DNA from: Longimicrobiales bacterium
GTDB lineage: Bacteria > Gemmatimonadota > Gemmatimonadetes > Longimicrobiales > Gaopeijiaceae
Length of the DNA stretch: 64,000 nt
Direction of reading: 5' to 3'
Assembly (NCBI GenBank): GCA_958295645.1
Contig: OY282361.1
Coordinates: 516,927-580,926, forward strand
Part shown: one piece after another, positions 26,544 to 37,210 of the stretch
Layout: every line of letters begins with the position of its first letter
Numbering within the stretch: position 1 is the first letter of the stretch
Position numbers and translations under genes: made by a program
Notes under the pieces: model-generated
The model's database searches: none
The model's input: the letters and a program-made list of their open reading frames with translations, nothing else
Told to the model about the DNA's origin: nothing

Positions 26544-28270
26544 TCAACCCCCTCCCAAAGTCACCCTGCCCCCCACGTACACTCCACGGCCTGGAGCGGG
26601 GAACCCCCACACCTCTTCGTATCCGGCGCCTAGGAGGTTCTCCGCCCTCACGGTCAGGGCGACGCCCGCCCGCCGCCCCCGGCCCCCAGCCAGCCGCAGG
26701 TTGGCGCCCAAGTCCACGGTTGAATACGCCGGCATCACGACGGGCGCCGCCGACCAGACCGCGAAGTCGCGATCCTCGCGCGCGCCCACGTGGCGCAGGC
26801 CCAAGTCCAGCGTCAGCCGCTCCTGTGCCGACACGGAGGCGGTGGCCGTGAACGCATGTTCAGGGCGCCGAAGCAGTGGCTGTCCCTCCACGAAGGTTGC
26901 CCCGGGGCCCTCGTCGAAACCGCTGTCGTCCACTCGAGTTCGCAACCAAGTGTAGGAGCCGCCGAGTCGAAGCGGCCCGAAACCGGCCTCGGCCTCCGCC
27001 TCCAGGCCGCGGCTGCGCGCCCTCGCGACGTTGTGGAAGTTGGGGCCACCCGGCACGGGCGGAGAGAAGGTGTACTGGACGAGGTTGCGGAAGTTCTGCG
27101 AGAAGGCCGTCAGGGAAACGGAGGCGCCTGCGCCGATCTGCTGGTCCACGTCGGCTTCGAAGCCGGTCGAGCGCTCGGGAGCCAGATCGGGATTTCCAGA
27201 AGCGTAGGCCGATCCGAACGACTCGTCGAAGGTGGGCTCCTTGATTGCCGTCCCCGCCGAGGCGCGCAGCCGCGTGCCCGCCGGAGAGAGCCGCCATACG
27301 ACTCCGGCGCGCCATGTCGCGGCCGTCCGTCGGCGAGACCTTCCGAACCGAAGAACCCAAGCGTGTCCGCCGGGCCGTCCGGGGCGTCGTCGTTGCCAGA
27401 GTCCCACTCGTGCAAGGCCAGCGCCAGGCGCGTCTCGAAGGCGTCCGTCCACCTGCGGCCTGCATCCACGGTTGCGACCAGGGCGTCGCCGAACGTGTAG
27501 GCGTTGCGATCCACGACCGCTCCCGACCCGTCGGTGGGGAAGTGGAAACGCTGCTTCTCATGGCGGACGGAGAGCGTCACGTCGGTCTGCGCGTTCGGCC
27601 TCGCCTGCACGCGCCCCGTCGCCGTCGTCGCGCGGTGGCCGTTGTTGAAGTCGAGGATGCCGTCCGTGTCGTTTCGGCCCAAGGAGAAGGCGTAGGACAG
27701 CGCCCCGGTACCGCCGGAGGCCCCGCCGCGCCATTGCCGCGTCCCGAAGCTCCCAGCGCGAAACGACAGGTCGGCGGACGGCGCCCCGCGCCCCTGCCGC
27801 GTAAACACGTGGATCACGCCGCTCACCGCGTCCGAGCCGTACAGCGCCGAGGCCGGCCCGCGCAAGATCTCGATTCGCTCGACGCCGTCCACCGTCATCG
27901 AACCGAAGTCGAAGCGTCCGCCCGGCTCGTTCACGCTGACCCCGTCCACCAGCACCTGCACATGGTCGGACTCGCCTCCCCGGAGGAATGCCGAGGTCGT
28001 GGCGCCGAAGGAGCCGCCCCGGACGACGGCGAGCGAGGCGACTTGCCGCAAGGCGTCGGCCACGTACTTGATCCCGGCCCGCTGCAACGCCTCGCCTTCG
28101 ATGACGGTGATGCGGGCGGCGACGGTCCAGGCGGGTGCGGGCCGCCGGTTGGCGGTGACGACGAGACCCTCGAGGGGAATGGGTTCTTGCGCTTGAACGG
28201 GAGCGTCGGCGGCGCCCAGAAGTGTTGCCAGGAAGACGGCGGTGCAGGTGGCGCGTCGCGAAACTCGATG
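26544..28270 (-). pseudogene. TonB-dependent outer-membrane receptor (BtuB/CirA-like size, ~600 aa) interrupted by a frameshift
   Basis: The N-terminal plug and start of the barrel (ORF 27110..28357: signal peptide, TonB-box-like LVVTANR, plug motifs) and the C-terminal barrel (ORF 26544..27452) are in different frames. The frames switch around 27300-27400. The start is probably GTG near 28270, before the signal peptide VSRRATCTAVFLATLLGAADAPVQA. Confidence 0.65.
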
Positions 28271-28467
28271 TCCGCGAGGCTCCGCCCGGAAAGCGGAAGG
28301 CCAGCGGCGGCGAAAGTGCGAAGACGCCGGGAAAGGGGGATGCGCGGCGTGTCTCATGTCGGCTCTCCTTCCCCGCGCGGAAGAAGAGGGAGAGGCCGGG
28401 CGAACGCGCCGGCTCGGACACCCTCACCTCCCCGCGGAGGTGTTGAAATGGGCGCCGAAGGAGATCG

Positions 28468-30471
28468 TCAATCCCGCGAGCCCGCCGTCCCCTCCGGCAA
28501 CGCCAGCGCCACCAGCTCGCCCGGATGGCCGCGCGCGCCTACCGCGACCACGACGAACTGCCGCCCCTCGTGCATGTAGGTCATCGGCAGGCCCGTCTGG
28601 TTGGCCGGCAGCTCGATCTCCGCCAACACCGCCCCCGTCGCCTTGTCGTGCGCGCGCAGCATGGCGCCCCCCGATCCCGCTGCCGCGAACATCCCGCCGC
28701 CCTCTCCGGCGAACAGCAGCGTCTTCGTGGCCAGCAGCCCGCCTCGGTCCATGCGTCCCGTCCTTCCCACGTCGATGCCTTCCAGCGCGGGATGATCCTT
28801 GACGTAGTCGGGCGCCTCGCCGTTGGGCACTTGCCATGCGATCTCGCCGGCGTTCAGGTCGATGGCCGTGATCCGTCCCCACGGGGGCTTGAACAGCGGC
28901 AGCCCTTGCGGACCGCCGCCGCCCCGCAGCCGCAATCCGCCGCCGCGCACGAAGTCCATGCTCGACACGTCGGGGTCGTGCACGAGCGAGATGACGCTGG
29001 GACTGGTGGCCGACTGGACGAACAGATGGCCCGACTCCGGATCGAAGGCGCCTCCGGGCCAGTTGGCGCCGCCCAGAAAACCCGGGACCATCAGCGTGCC
29101 CTGGGTGCCGTCCTCCTCGGCGACGGAGGGCGGCGTGTACAGCGGTCCCCAGCGCAGCCGGGACAGGATCGCCTCGGCCTCGGCCCGCAGTTCCGGCGTG
29201 AAGTCGATCAGGTCTTCCGGGTCCACGCCCTGCCTGTCGAACGGCGGCGGCTTGGTGGGGAAGGGTTGCGTGGGCGAGGTGCGCTCGCCGGGCACGTCGG
29301 ACTGGGCGACGGGGCGCTCCTCGACGGGCCAGAGCGGTTCGCCGGTCCGCCTGTCGAAGACGAAGGTGAAGGTCTGCTTCGTCAGTTGCGCGACGGCGGA
29401 AACGGGCCGGCCGTCCACCACGAGATCGGCCAGGATCGGCGGCGCGGGGAGGTCGTAGTCCCAGATGCCGTGGTGCACGGTCTGGAAGTGCCATTTCCGC
29501 TCGCCGGTGGCGGCTTCCAGGGCGACCAAGCTCTGGGAGAACAGGTTGTCGCCGGGCCGGTGGCCGCCGTAGTAGTCGCCGGTGGGGGCCTCGACGGGCA
29601 GATACACGAGTCCCAGGGCGGTGTCGGCGGTGATCGCCGTCCAGACGGCCGCGTTGCCGGTGTACTGCCAGGACCCGTCCTCCCAGGTGTCGTGGCCGTG
29701 CTCGCCGGGCTGGGGGATGGTGTGGAAGGTCCAAAGGCGCCGGCCGGTCGCCGCGTCGTATCCGCGCACGTGCCCGGGGGGCATCTCGGGCGAGGGAGGC
29801 GCGTTGCCCGCCGGCAGCGCAGAGCCCACGACGACGACCCCGCCGACGACCACCGGCGGCGAACTCGATCCTATCGGCGCGCGCTCGAGGTCCACGTCGC
29901 GCCCCAGTTCCAGCCGGAGGTCCACGATGCCGCCCTCGCCGAAGCCCTCCGCGGGCCGGCCGGAAGCCGCGTCCAGCGCCACCAAGCGGAAGCCCGGCGT
30001 CACGAAGAAGATTCTCGGCCCCGTCTCCAGCGACTCCCAGTACGCCACGCCCCGGCCCGAGTTGCGCCGCGGCGCCGACCGCTCGCCCTCGTCCAGCCGG
30101 TAGGTCCACAGGGTCTCGCCGGTGCCCGGATCGACGGCGGCGACGGCGCGTCGGTAGCCGGCGGTCGCGTAGAGCGTCGAGTCCACCATGATCGGCGTCG
30201 TCCGATAGTTGAACTCGGGCACGGGGCCGAAGTTGGCGGCCTGCCATCGCCAAACGACCTCCAGCGAGGCCACGTTGCTCCGGTCGATCTGATCGAGGGG
30301 CGCGTACCGCGTGTTGCCGGCGTCCCCGCCGTAGTGGCGCCACTGCCCGTCCGCGGCTCCCCGCTGCAAGGCGGCCCCGTCCCCCCGCAACGCCAGGGCC
30401 GCCGAGACCGCGCATAAGGCGGCCCTCGCCAGCCGCGCGACGGCCTGGAATTGTTCACGGTCGCCGTTCAA
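28468..30471 (-). CDS. PQQ-dependent quinoprotein dehydrogenase (alcohol/glucose dehydrogenase family)
   Basis: Eight-bladed PQQ beta-propeller signatures (W-rich repeats, GG...YDAATG..LW). Signal-peptide-like N-terminus. The start was taken at TTG 30471, because the upstream ATG at 30651 would leave only 5 bp to the divergent gene. Confidence 0.75.
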   Translation of the reverse strand: MNGDREQFQAVARLARAALCAVSAALALRGDGAALQRGAADGQWRHYGGDAGNTRYAPLDQIDRSNVASLEVVWRWQAANFGPVPEFNYRTTPIMVDSTLYATAGYRRAVAAVDPGTGETLWTYRLDEGERSAPRRNSGRGVAYWESLETGPRIFFVTPGFRLVALDAASGRPAEGFGEGGIVDLRLELGRDVDLERAPIGSSSPPVVVGGVVVVGSALPAGNAPPSPEMPPGHVRGYDAATGRRLWTFHTIPQPGEHGHDTWEDGSWQYTGNAAVWTAITADTALGLVYLPVEAPTGDYYGGHRPGDNLFSQSLVALEAATGERKWHFQTVHHGIWDYDLPAPPILADLVVDGRPVSAVAQLTKQTFTFVFDRRTGEPLWPVEERPVAQSDVPGERTSPTQPFPTKPPPFDRQGVDPEDLIDFTPELRAEAEAILSRLRWGPLYTPPSVAEEDGTQGTLMVPGFLGGANWPGGAFDPESGHLFVQSATSPSVISLVHDPDVSSMDFVRGGGLRLRGGGGPQGLPLFKPPWGRITAIDLNAGEIAWQVPNGEAPDYVKDHPALEGIDVGRTGRMDRGGLLATKTLLFAGEGGGMFAAAGSGGAMLRAHDKATGAVLAEIELPANQTGLPMTYMHEGRQFVVVAVGARGHPGELVALALPEGTAGSRD

Positions 30472-30656
30472 GGGGGCTCCTCGGTCGAGACTCGGAAGCG
30501 GCGGAGAAGCCTCCCGGGGCTGTCCCCCGCGCTCCTGTGAAAGTACGTTGCCCGGCGTCCCGCGTGAAGCCGCCGCCCGGCTCCTGCGTAGACAAGGACG
30601 CGCACCACGCACGCAGACGCGCAACCGCCGCCGCCAGTTGGGGGACGCCAACCCGA

Positions 30657-31226
30657 ATGCTCACCGCCTACATCGCTTGCTTCGCCGTTGGCGGCGTTCT
30701 GTTGGCGCTGTCGTTCTTCGGCGACTTCCTGGACGCCGACGCCGACGTTTCCGCAGATGTCGACGTGGACGGCGACGCCTTCATGGGGGCCGCCTCCACG
30801 ATCCTCTCGTTGCGCACGGCCGTCTACGCGCTCTTCGGGTTCGGCGCCACGGGCACCGCGCTCCACTTCCTCTGGGACGGAGCGCGCTTCGGGACTACGG
30901 CGCTGGCGGCGGGCGCCACGGGACTCGTCTCGGGAGCGCTCGTCAGCACGGCCTTCCGCTATCTGAAGGGCAGCGAGGCGGGCGTCATCGAGGGCGAGGA
31001 GACGTTCGTCGGCTTGGCCGGCAAAGTCGCCTTGGAGATTGGTCCGGGCAGTCCCGGGCAGGTGCAGATCCAGCGGGGAGGCCGCCAAGTCCGCGTCAGG
31101 GCCCGCGTGAACGACGCCTACGCGGGCGACGGGCCATTGGAGGCGGGCCGCGCGGTCGTCGTGGTGGAGATGAAGAAAGGGGTCGCGGCAGTGGCCCCCG
31201 TGGACGCGAAGCTGCTGGAAGACTAG
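30657..31226 (+). CDS. NfeD-like membrane protein (partner of the SPFH/flotillin protein)
   Basis: N-terminal TM helices, an acidic segment and a C-terminal OB-fold-like region. Directly upstream of the flotillin gene. Confidence 0.55.
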   Translation: MLTAYIACFAVGGVLLALSFFGDFLDADADVSADVDVDGDAFMGAASTILSLRTAVYALFGFGATGTALHFLWDGARFGTTALAAGATGLVSGALVSTAFRYLKGSEAGVIEGEETFVGLAGKVALEIGPGSPGQVQIQRGGRQVRVRARVNDAYAGDGPLEAGRAVVVVEMKKGVAAVAPVDAKLLED

Positions 31227-31346
31227 CCGCCGGGCCGCCCAGCGCCGAAGAGCTCGTCGCCGGGGAGGTCCAGCCTGTGCGCTCCTGCGCAAGAGGAAGC
31301 ACCGACAACCGGGCCGCAGCGCCCGAGAAAGAAGAGACGCCGACAA

Positions 31347-32654
31347 ATGGAATCCCTGCAACTCGGACTGACCATCGCCGGAATCGTGGCCGTCGCCGCC
31401 ATCGTGCTGATCGCGACGATCAAGAAGCTCATCGTCATCGTGCCGCCGAACCGGGCCGCCGTCCTGACCGGCCGAAGGCGCCAGCTGACCGACGGCCAAG
31501 CCGTGGGCTACCGCTCCATATCGGGCGGGCGCACGCTCCGGGTCCCCATCATCGAGACCGTCCAGCACGTCAACCTGGAGACCATTCCGATCGAGGTGTC
31601 GGTCAGCAACGCGTTCTCCAAGGGCAACATCCCGCTCAACGTGGAGGCCATCGCCAACGTCAAGGTGGCGTCGGAGCCCGAGTGGGTGTTCAACAACGCG
31701 GTGGAGCGCCTGCTGGGGAAGACGGAAGGGGCAGTCCGCGCGCTGGCCCAGGACACGCTCACCGGCAACCTGCGCGGCGTCCTCGCGACCATGACCCCGG
31801 AGGCCGTCAACGAGGATCGGCTCGGGTTCGCCAAGGCGTTGTCCGAGGACGCGGGAGAGGACTTGGCCTCGCTCGGGTTTCACCTGGACGTGCTCAAGAT
31901 CCAGAACGTGAGCGACGAACGGGGCTACCTGGAGGCCATCGGCCGCGAGAAGTCCGCCGAAGCGATTCGGCAGGCCGAGATCGCCGAAGCCAGGGCCGAG
32001 GCCGACACGCGCGAAGCCAGGGCCGAGGCGGTTCGGCGGGCCGAGGTGCGCGAGGCCGGGGCCTCGATCAAGGTGGCGGAGGCGCGAAACTCCCTGCGGG
32101 TGCGCCAGGCCGAGCTGGACCAGGAGAGCGTGACCGCCGAGAAGATCGCGGGCGTGCGCGCTCGGGAGGCCGAGATCGAGGCCGAGAAGGTCTTGGAGGC
32201 CAAGCGGGTCGAGCGCGAGGAGCAGCGTCTCCGCGCCGACGTGATCGAGCCGGCGGAGGCCGAGAAGATTGCGGCCTTTGCCAGGGCCGAGGCGGAGGCT
32301 GCGCCGATCCTGGCCCGCGGCAAGGCGCAGGTGGAGGTGTTGCGCCGGTTGTCCGCGGAAGTGCGCGCCGGCGGGGACGACGCCTTCTCGGTGTTCATTG
32401 CCGAGAAGCTGCCCGAGCTGCTCGAGACCACGGTGGAGGCGGTCAAGGGCGTGGACATCGACCGCTTGGTGGTGATGGACGGCGGAGACGGAGGAGGGGT
32501 GGCCAACGCGCTCAATCAGCGGGTCAAGGGCGCCTACGGCACGCTCGAGGGACTGGCCTCGGTGCTCGGACTCGACATCGGGCAGGTGTTGCGGCGGGTC
32601 GGCGGCCCGGCCGAAGAGCAGAGGGGAGCCGTCGCCAAGCTTCCCGCGGACTGA
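31347..32654 (+). CDS. Flotillin/SPFH (band 7) domain protein, YqiK-like
   Basis: N-terminal TM helix, SPFH domain, and a long Ala/Glu-rich coiled-coil (EAEA repeats). Confidence 0.8.
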   Translation: MESLQLGLTIAGIVAVAAIVLIATIKKLIVIVPPNRAAVLTGRRRQLTDGQAVGYRSISGGRTLRVPIIETVQHVNLETIPIEVSVSNAFSKGNIPLNVEAIANVKVASEPEWVFNNAVERLLGKTEGAVRALAQDTLTGNLRGVLATMTPEAVNEDRLGFAKALSEDAGEDLASLGFHLDVLKIQNVSDERGYLEAIGREKSAEAIRQAEIAEARAEADTREARAEAVRRAEVREAGASIKVAEARNSLRVRQAELDQESVTAEKIAGVRAREAEIEAEKVLEAKRVEREEQRLRADVIEPAEAEKIAAFARAEAEAAPILARGKAQVEVLRRLSAEVRAGGDDAFSVFIAEKLPELLETTVEAVKGVDIDRLVVMDGGDGGGVANALNQRVKGAYGTLEGLASVLGLDIGQVLRRVGGPAEEQRGAVAKLPAD

Positions 32655-32859
32655 CGTTGCGGGGCGGGGCCTCCGCGCTACGCGGTCGCCACCGCCCCGT
32701 TGCCGTTTCGTGACATCCGCCCGGTATTGTTGAGCGACACTCCTGCGCAGTATCGTTGCGCGGGTTCGCGCCGCCGCCCGGGCGGCACCGGCCCGCGGGC
32801 CTTCGCCTTCCGCGGGAGGCCGGCGTTCCGCATTTGGCAGACCGGCGAGAGGCCAGCCG

Positions 32860-33732
32860 ATGATGAAGCGAGCAATCCCGTTGTCCGTCCTCCTGCTTTC
32901 GCTCGGATGCGGGGGCGACCGCCCGCAACGCGCGGTCATTCAGAACAAGGGGTCCGACACCCTGCTCAATGTGGCCCAGGCGTGGGCGGAAGCGTACAGC
33001 GTGGTGGACCCCAACGTCCTGATCGCGGTGACGGGCGGGGGATCGGGCACGGGCATTTCGGCAATGATCAACGGTACGGTGGACATCGCCAACTCCTCTC
33101 GCCGAATGCGCGAACGAGAGTTGGCCGCCGCGCGCGAGAACGGCATCGAAGCGGTCGAGCACGTCGTGGGATACGACGCCCTTGCCGTCTTCCTGCACGA
33201 AGACAATCCCATTGGGGCGATGACGCTGGCGCAGATCAGGGACGTGTTCGGGGAGGACGGGGCGGTGGAGCGTTGGTCCGACCTGGGCGTGTCGGTGCCG
33301 GGTTGCCCCTCCGACGAGGTCGTGCGCGTCAGTCGCCAGAACAACTCCGGCACGTACGCCTACTTCAGGGACGCGGTGCTCGGGGCCGACATGGAATTCC
33401 GCCTGGGTTCGCGCGACATGCACGGCTCCAAGGACGTCGTGGACCTGGTGGAGAACACGCCCTGCGCGATCGGATACAGCGGGCTCGCCTACGCCACCGA
33501 GCACGTTCGCATCCCGTGCGTGGCCGCGGAGGAGGGCGCCGACTGCGTGACTCCGACGGTGGCGACCGCAGTGAGCGGGACCTACCCGATCGCCCGGCCG
33601 CTCTTCATGTACACGGCCGGACATCCGCGCGGGCCGGTCGAGCTGTACATGGAATGGATCCTGTCGGACGAGGGACAGTGCGTGATCTTGGGCCGCGGCT
33701 ATGCGTCGGTCCGGGAGATCGGGTGCGGCTGA
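32860..33732 (+). CDS. pstS: Phosphate ABC transporter substrate-binding protein PstS
   Basis: Lipobox LSLGCGG. PBP-like phosphate-binding residues (SGTG, GYDAL). Confidence 0.85.
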   Translation: MMKRAIPLSVLLLSLGCGGDRPQRAVIQNKGSDTLLNVAQAWAEAYSVVDPNVLIAVTGGGSGTGISAMINGTVDIANSSRRMRERELAAARENGIEAVEHVVGYDALAVFLHEDNPIGAMTLAQIRDVFGEDGAVERWSDLGVSVPGCPSDEVVRVSRQNNSGTYAYFRDAVLGADMEFRLGSRDMHGSKDVVDLVENTPCAIGYSGLAYATEHVRIPCVAAEEGADCVTPTVATAVSGTYPIARPLFMYTAGHPRGPVELYMEWILSDEGQCVILGRGYASVREIGCG

Positions 33733-33877
33733 ATCTCGGGCGCCTCCGCCCGGGCCCCTCGTCGATCGTCGTTCTGAAACGCGCCTTGCGGCCCGGCCGA
33801 GGACCGCAACCCCCGGCTCGCGCTGGGCCGGAGGCAGGCTCGCAGCTGTGAACGCGCCGGCGGGATCCGGCCCCGAC

Positions 33878-34765
33878 ATGGATCGGAGGGACTTCGCCTG
33901 GTACTCCGACCGGGCCGCGCAGGCGCTGATCTTTGCGGGCGGCCTGTCGGCCGTCGTCTTCGTGGTCGGCATCTTCGTGTTCGTGACCAAGGAAGGGCTC
34001 TCCTTCGTCTTCGGCGCGCTCGACGTGGGCGAGTTCTTCACCTCCATCGCCTGGCGTCCGACCTCCTCGACGCCGACCTACGGCGCGCTCGCCCTGTTCG
34101 TGGGGACGGCCAGCGTGACGGGCATCGCCATGCTGTTCTCGGTGCCGCTCGCCCTGGGCGCGGCGTTGTACATCGGCGAGTTCGCCACGGGCAAGCTCCG
34201 CGAGACCTTGAAGATCCTGGTGGAACTGCTGGCGGCCATTCCTTCGGTGGTGTGGGGATTCGTCGGCATGTCCATCATGAACCCGCTCATCATCCGCACG
34301 TTCGACGTGCCGGTGGGCTTGAGCGCGCTCAACGCGGGCATCATCCTCGGGCTGATGGCGGCCCCGATCATGGCCACGATCGCGGAAGACGCGCTCAAGG
34401 CGGTGCCCGACGGCTACCGAGAGGCGGCGGAGGCTCTGGGCGCCACGCGCTGGGAAGTCGTCTGGAAAGTGGTCGTGCCCGCCAGCCGAAACGGCCTGCT
34501 CGCCGCCGTGCTGCTGGGCGTCGGGCGCGGCTTCGGCGAGACCATGGCCGTGCTGATGGCTTCCGGACACGCCATCAACCTCCCCACCAGCCCCTTCGAC
34601 TCGGTCCGCGCGCTGACCGCCACCATCGCCGCCGAGCTCGGCGACACCGCCTACGGATCGGACCACTACGGATCGCTCTTCACCCTGGGCATCATGCTGT
34701 TCGCGGTCACGTTCGCCATCAACCTGACGGCGGATCTCGTGGTGCGGGGCATCAGGAAGAAATAG
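33878..34765 (+). CDS. pstC: Phosphate ABC transporter permease PstC
   Basis: Six-TM permease with EAA-like motif AEALGATRWEVVWKVVVP. Confidence 0.85.
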   Translation: MDRRDFAWYSDRAAQALIFAGGLSAVVFVVGIFVFVTKEGLSFVFGALDVGEFFTSIAWRPTSSTPTYGALALFVGTASVTGIAMLFSVPLALGAALYIGEFATGKLRETLKILVELLAAIPSVVWGFVGMSIMNPLIIRTFDVPVGLSALNAGIILGLMAAPIMATIAEDALKAVPDGYREAAEALGATRWEVVWKVVVPASRNGLLAAVLLGVGRGFGETMAVLMASGHAINLPTSPFDSVRALTATIAAELGDTAYGSDHYGSLFTLGIMLFAVTFAINLTADLVVRGIRKK

Positions 34766-34768
34766 GCC

Positions 34769-35635
34769 GTGTTCGCCACGACCTCTCTCACCCGCCGGAG
34801 CTACCGCACGCAGGCTCTGGCCAAGGCGGCCCTCTTCTTCACGACCGTCGTGCTCGTGATTCCCGTCCTGCTGGTCTTGGGCACGCTCCTCTGGCGCGGC
34901 GGGCCGGTGATTTCCTGGGCCTTCCTGGCAACCCCGCCAGCCAGCGACGGAGGCGGCGGAATCGCGTTGCCGCTGGTGGGCACGGTATGGCTGGTGGTGG
35001 TGGCGCTGCTGGCTTCGGTGCCGGTCGGTGTGGCCGCGGCCCTGTACCTCAGCGAGTACGCGCCGGACAACTTCCTGACCCGCGCCATCAACTTGGCGAT
35101 CGTCAACCTGGCGGGCGTGCCTTCGATCGTGCACGCGCTCTTCGGGCTCGGGGCATTCGTGCTCTTCTTCGACTTCGGGACCAGCATCCTCGCGGCCAGC
35201 CTGACCCTGGCGGTGATGACGCTGCCCGTGGTGATCGTGGCCACGCGGGAATCCCTCCAAGCGGTTCCGCGGGCCTTTCGCGAGGCCTGCTGGAACATGG
35301 GCGCGACGCGCTGGCAGACCATCCGCAAGGTGGTCCTGCCCAACTCGGTGAGCGGCGTGCTGACCGGCGTGATCCTGGAGGTCTCGCGCACGGCGGGCGA
35401 GACCGCGCCCATCATGTTCACCGGCGCGGCGGCCTTCATGCTGTTTCATCCCGAGAGCGTCATGGACCAGACCATGGCCATGTCGCTGCACCTGTACGTC
35501 ATCGCCACGCAGACGCCGGGGGTGCCCGAGGCGCTGCCCTACGGGGTGGCCCTGGCCCTCGTCTCCATCGTGATCTTCATGAACGCCGTGTCGATCGCGT
35601 TTCGCGTGTACCTCCGGGGCCTCAAGAAGTGGTAG
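34769..35635 (+). CDS. pstA: Phosphate ABC transporter permease PstA
   Basis: Permease with REACWNMGATRWQTIRKVVLP. Confidence 0.85.
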   Translation: MFATTSLTRRSYRTQALAKAALFFTTVVLVIPVLLVLGTLLWRGGPVISWAFLATPPASDGGGGIALPLVGTVWLVVVALLASVPVGVAAALYLSEYAPDNFLTRAINLAIVNLAGVPSIVHALFGLGAFVLFFDFGTSILAASLTLAVMTLPVVIVATRESLQAVPRAFREACWNMGATRWQTIRKVVLPNSVSGVLTGVILEVSRTAGETAPIMFTGAAAFMLFHPESVMDQTMAMSLHLYVIATQTPGVPEALPYGVALALVSIVIFMNAVSIAFRVYLRGLKKW

Positions 35636-36423
35636 CGGAGCCGAAGGCGGCCGGCCCGCGCTACGACGAGCGGCCCTTGGTCGAAGTCCGCGACCTGGCG
35701 GTCTCGTATCAGGGCAAGCCCGCGCTCCAGGATGCGACGCTCGAGGTCTACCCGAACGAGATCTTCGGCGTCATCGGCCCGGCGAACAGCGGCAAGACCT
35801 CGTTCCTGCGGGCGCTCAACCGGATGGACGCCTTCACCCGGGGCATGGACGTGCGCGGCTCGATCCGGATCAACGGCAAGGACACGCGGGACTGGCGGAA
35901 CTTGTACGCCCTCCGAAGCCGCATCGGCGTGGTCTTCCCGTTGCCCGTGGGACTGCCGCTCAGCGTCTTCGACAACGTGGCCTTCGCGCCGCGCCTGCGT
36001 GGCGTCCGCAAGAAGGCGGCTCTGGAAGAGGTGGTCGAGCGGTGCTTGGTGCGGGCCGCGCTCTGGGACGAAGTCAAGGATCGACTGGACACTCTGGGCA
36101 GCCTGCTCTCGGGTGGACAGCAGCAGCGCCTGACCATCGCCCGCGCCCTCTCGCAGGAACCGGAGCTCCTGCTGCTCGACGAGTTCTCCATCGCCGTGGA
36201 TCCAGTCACGACGATGCGCATCGAAGACGTGCTCAAGGAACTCCGCTCCGAGCTGACGATCGTGCTGGTGACGAACTTGGTCCAACAGGCGCGCCGCCTC
36301 GCCGACCGGACGGCCTTCTTCCTGACCGGCGAAGTGGTGGAGATCGGAAGGACCGAAGACCTGTTCTCCGGCCAGGCCGCCGACCCGCGCACCACCGGCT
36401 ACATCGAGGGTCGCTTTGGCTAG
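35629..36423 (+). CDS. pstB: Phosphate import ATP-binding protein PstB (copy 1)
   Basis: Walker A GPANSGKTS, LSGGQQQRL, Walker B LLLDE. GTG start overlaps the pstA stop. Confidence 0.9.
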   Translation: MVAEPKAAGPRYDERPLVEVRDLAVSYQGKPALQDATLEVYPNEIFGVIGPANSGKTSFLRALNRMDAFTRGMDVRGSIRINGKDTRDWRNLYALRSRIGVVFPLPVGLPLSVFDNVAFAPRLRGVRKKAALEEVVERCLVRAALWDEVKDRLDTLGSLLSGGQQQRLTIARALSQEPELLLLDEFSIAVDPVTTMRIEDVLKELRSELTIVLVTNLVQQARRLADRTAFFLTGEVVEIGRTEDLFSGQAADPRTTGYIEGRFG

Positions 36424-37210
36424 CGGGACGAGTGGTCCGGGGGCGGAACTCGCGATCGAGACGCGCGGTCTCAACCTCTGGTACGGCGACTTTCAGGCGC
36501 TTTTCGACGTCGAGCTGCAAGTGAAGCAGGGCATAGTGACCTCGATGATCGGCCCCTCGGGATGCGGCAAGTCCACCGTCCTGCGCACCTGCAACCGCAT
36601 CGCCGAGCGGCTGGGCTACGTGCGCACGACGGGCAGCGTGCTCGTGCACGGCGAAGACGTGTTCGGTTCCGGCGTGGAGATCGTGCAGGTGCGCAAGCAG
36701 GTCGGGATGGTCTTCCAGCGGCCCAATCCGCTGCCGGTCTCGGTTCGGGCCAACGTCCTGTTCGGATTCCGGCTGCACGAAGCCCGCCTCCGCCGGGTGA
36801 CGGCGGCGGAAGAGGAGGAGGCGCTGGAGACCGCGCTTCGCCGCGTGCTGCTCTGGGACGCGGTGAAGGACCGGCTCGATCGTCCCGCGACGAGCCTTTC
36901 GCTCGAGGAGCAGCAGAAGCTGTGCATTGCCCGCCTGCTTCCGGTCAAGCCGCGCGTCCTCTTGATGGACGAACCCTGCTCGGCGCTCGATCCGGCAGGC
37001 ACCGAAGCGGTGGAGGACATGATCCGCGAGCTGAGCGGCGACTACACGATTCTGATCGTGACCCACAACTTGGCGCAGGCAAGGCGCGCCTCCAGCGAAT
37101 GCGTCTTCATGCTGATGGGCCGCATCGCCGAAAGCGGTTCCACCGAGGACATGTTCCGCAGTCCGCGGCGCTCCGAGACGGCGGACTACATCGAGGGCCG
37201 CTACGGATGA
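36416..37210 (+). CDS. pstB: Phosphate import ATP-binding protein PstB (copy 2)
   Basis: Walker A GPSGCGKST, Walker B LLMDE, C-terminal ...ETADYIEGRYG. Confidence 0.9.
   Translation: MASGTSGPGAELAIETRGLNLWYGDFQALFDVELQVKQGIVTSMIGPSGCGKSTVLRTCNRIAERLGYVRTTGSVLVHGEDVFGSGVEIVQVRKQVGMVFQRPNPLPVSVRANVLFGFRLHEARLRRVTAAEEEEALETALRRVLLWDAVKDRLDRPATSLSLEEQQKLCIARLLPVKPRVLLMDEPCSALDPAGTEAVEDMIRELSGDYTILIVTHNLAQARRASSECVFMLMGRIAESGSTEDMFRSPRRSETADYIEGRYG

Noticed and set aside
28271-28467. Cobalamin riboswitch expected upstream of a BtuB-like TonB-dependent receptor.
   Set aside because: The reverse-strand leader lacks a recognisable B12 box (GCCACTG) or the GGGAA...GGTG...TCC core in the right order. 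The only GCCACC is inside the probable signal-peptide coding region.
30471-30651. ATG at 30651 as the start of the PQQ dehydrogenase.
   Set aside because: It would leave 5 bp to the divergent NfeD gene start, and the extra 60 aa are Arg-rich and non-signal-like. The TTG at 30471 immediately precedes a signal-peptide-like segment.
32659-32712. Rho-independent terminator after the flotillin gene.
   Set aside because: The GC stem GCGGGGCGG/CCGCCCCG has a 24-nt loop and only a weak T-tract; too weak to annotate.
32700-32859. Pho box upstream of pstS.
   Set aside because: Only weak GTGACA/GCGACA half-site-like hexamers with non-canonical spacing. The Pho-box consensus for this lineage is unknown to me, so no call.
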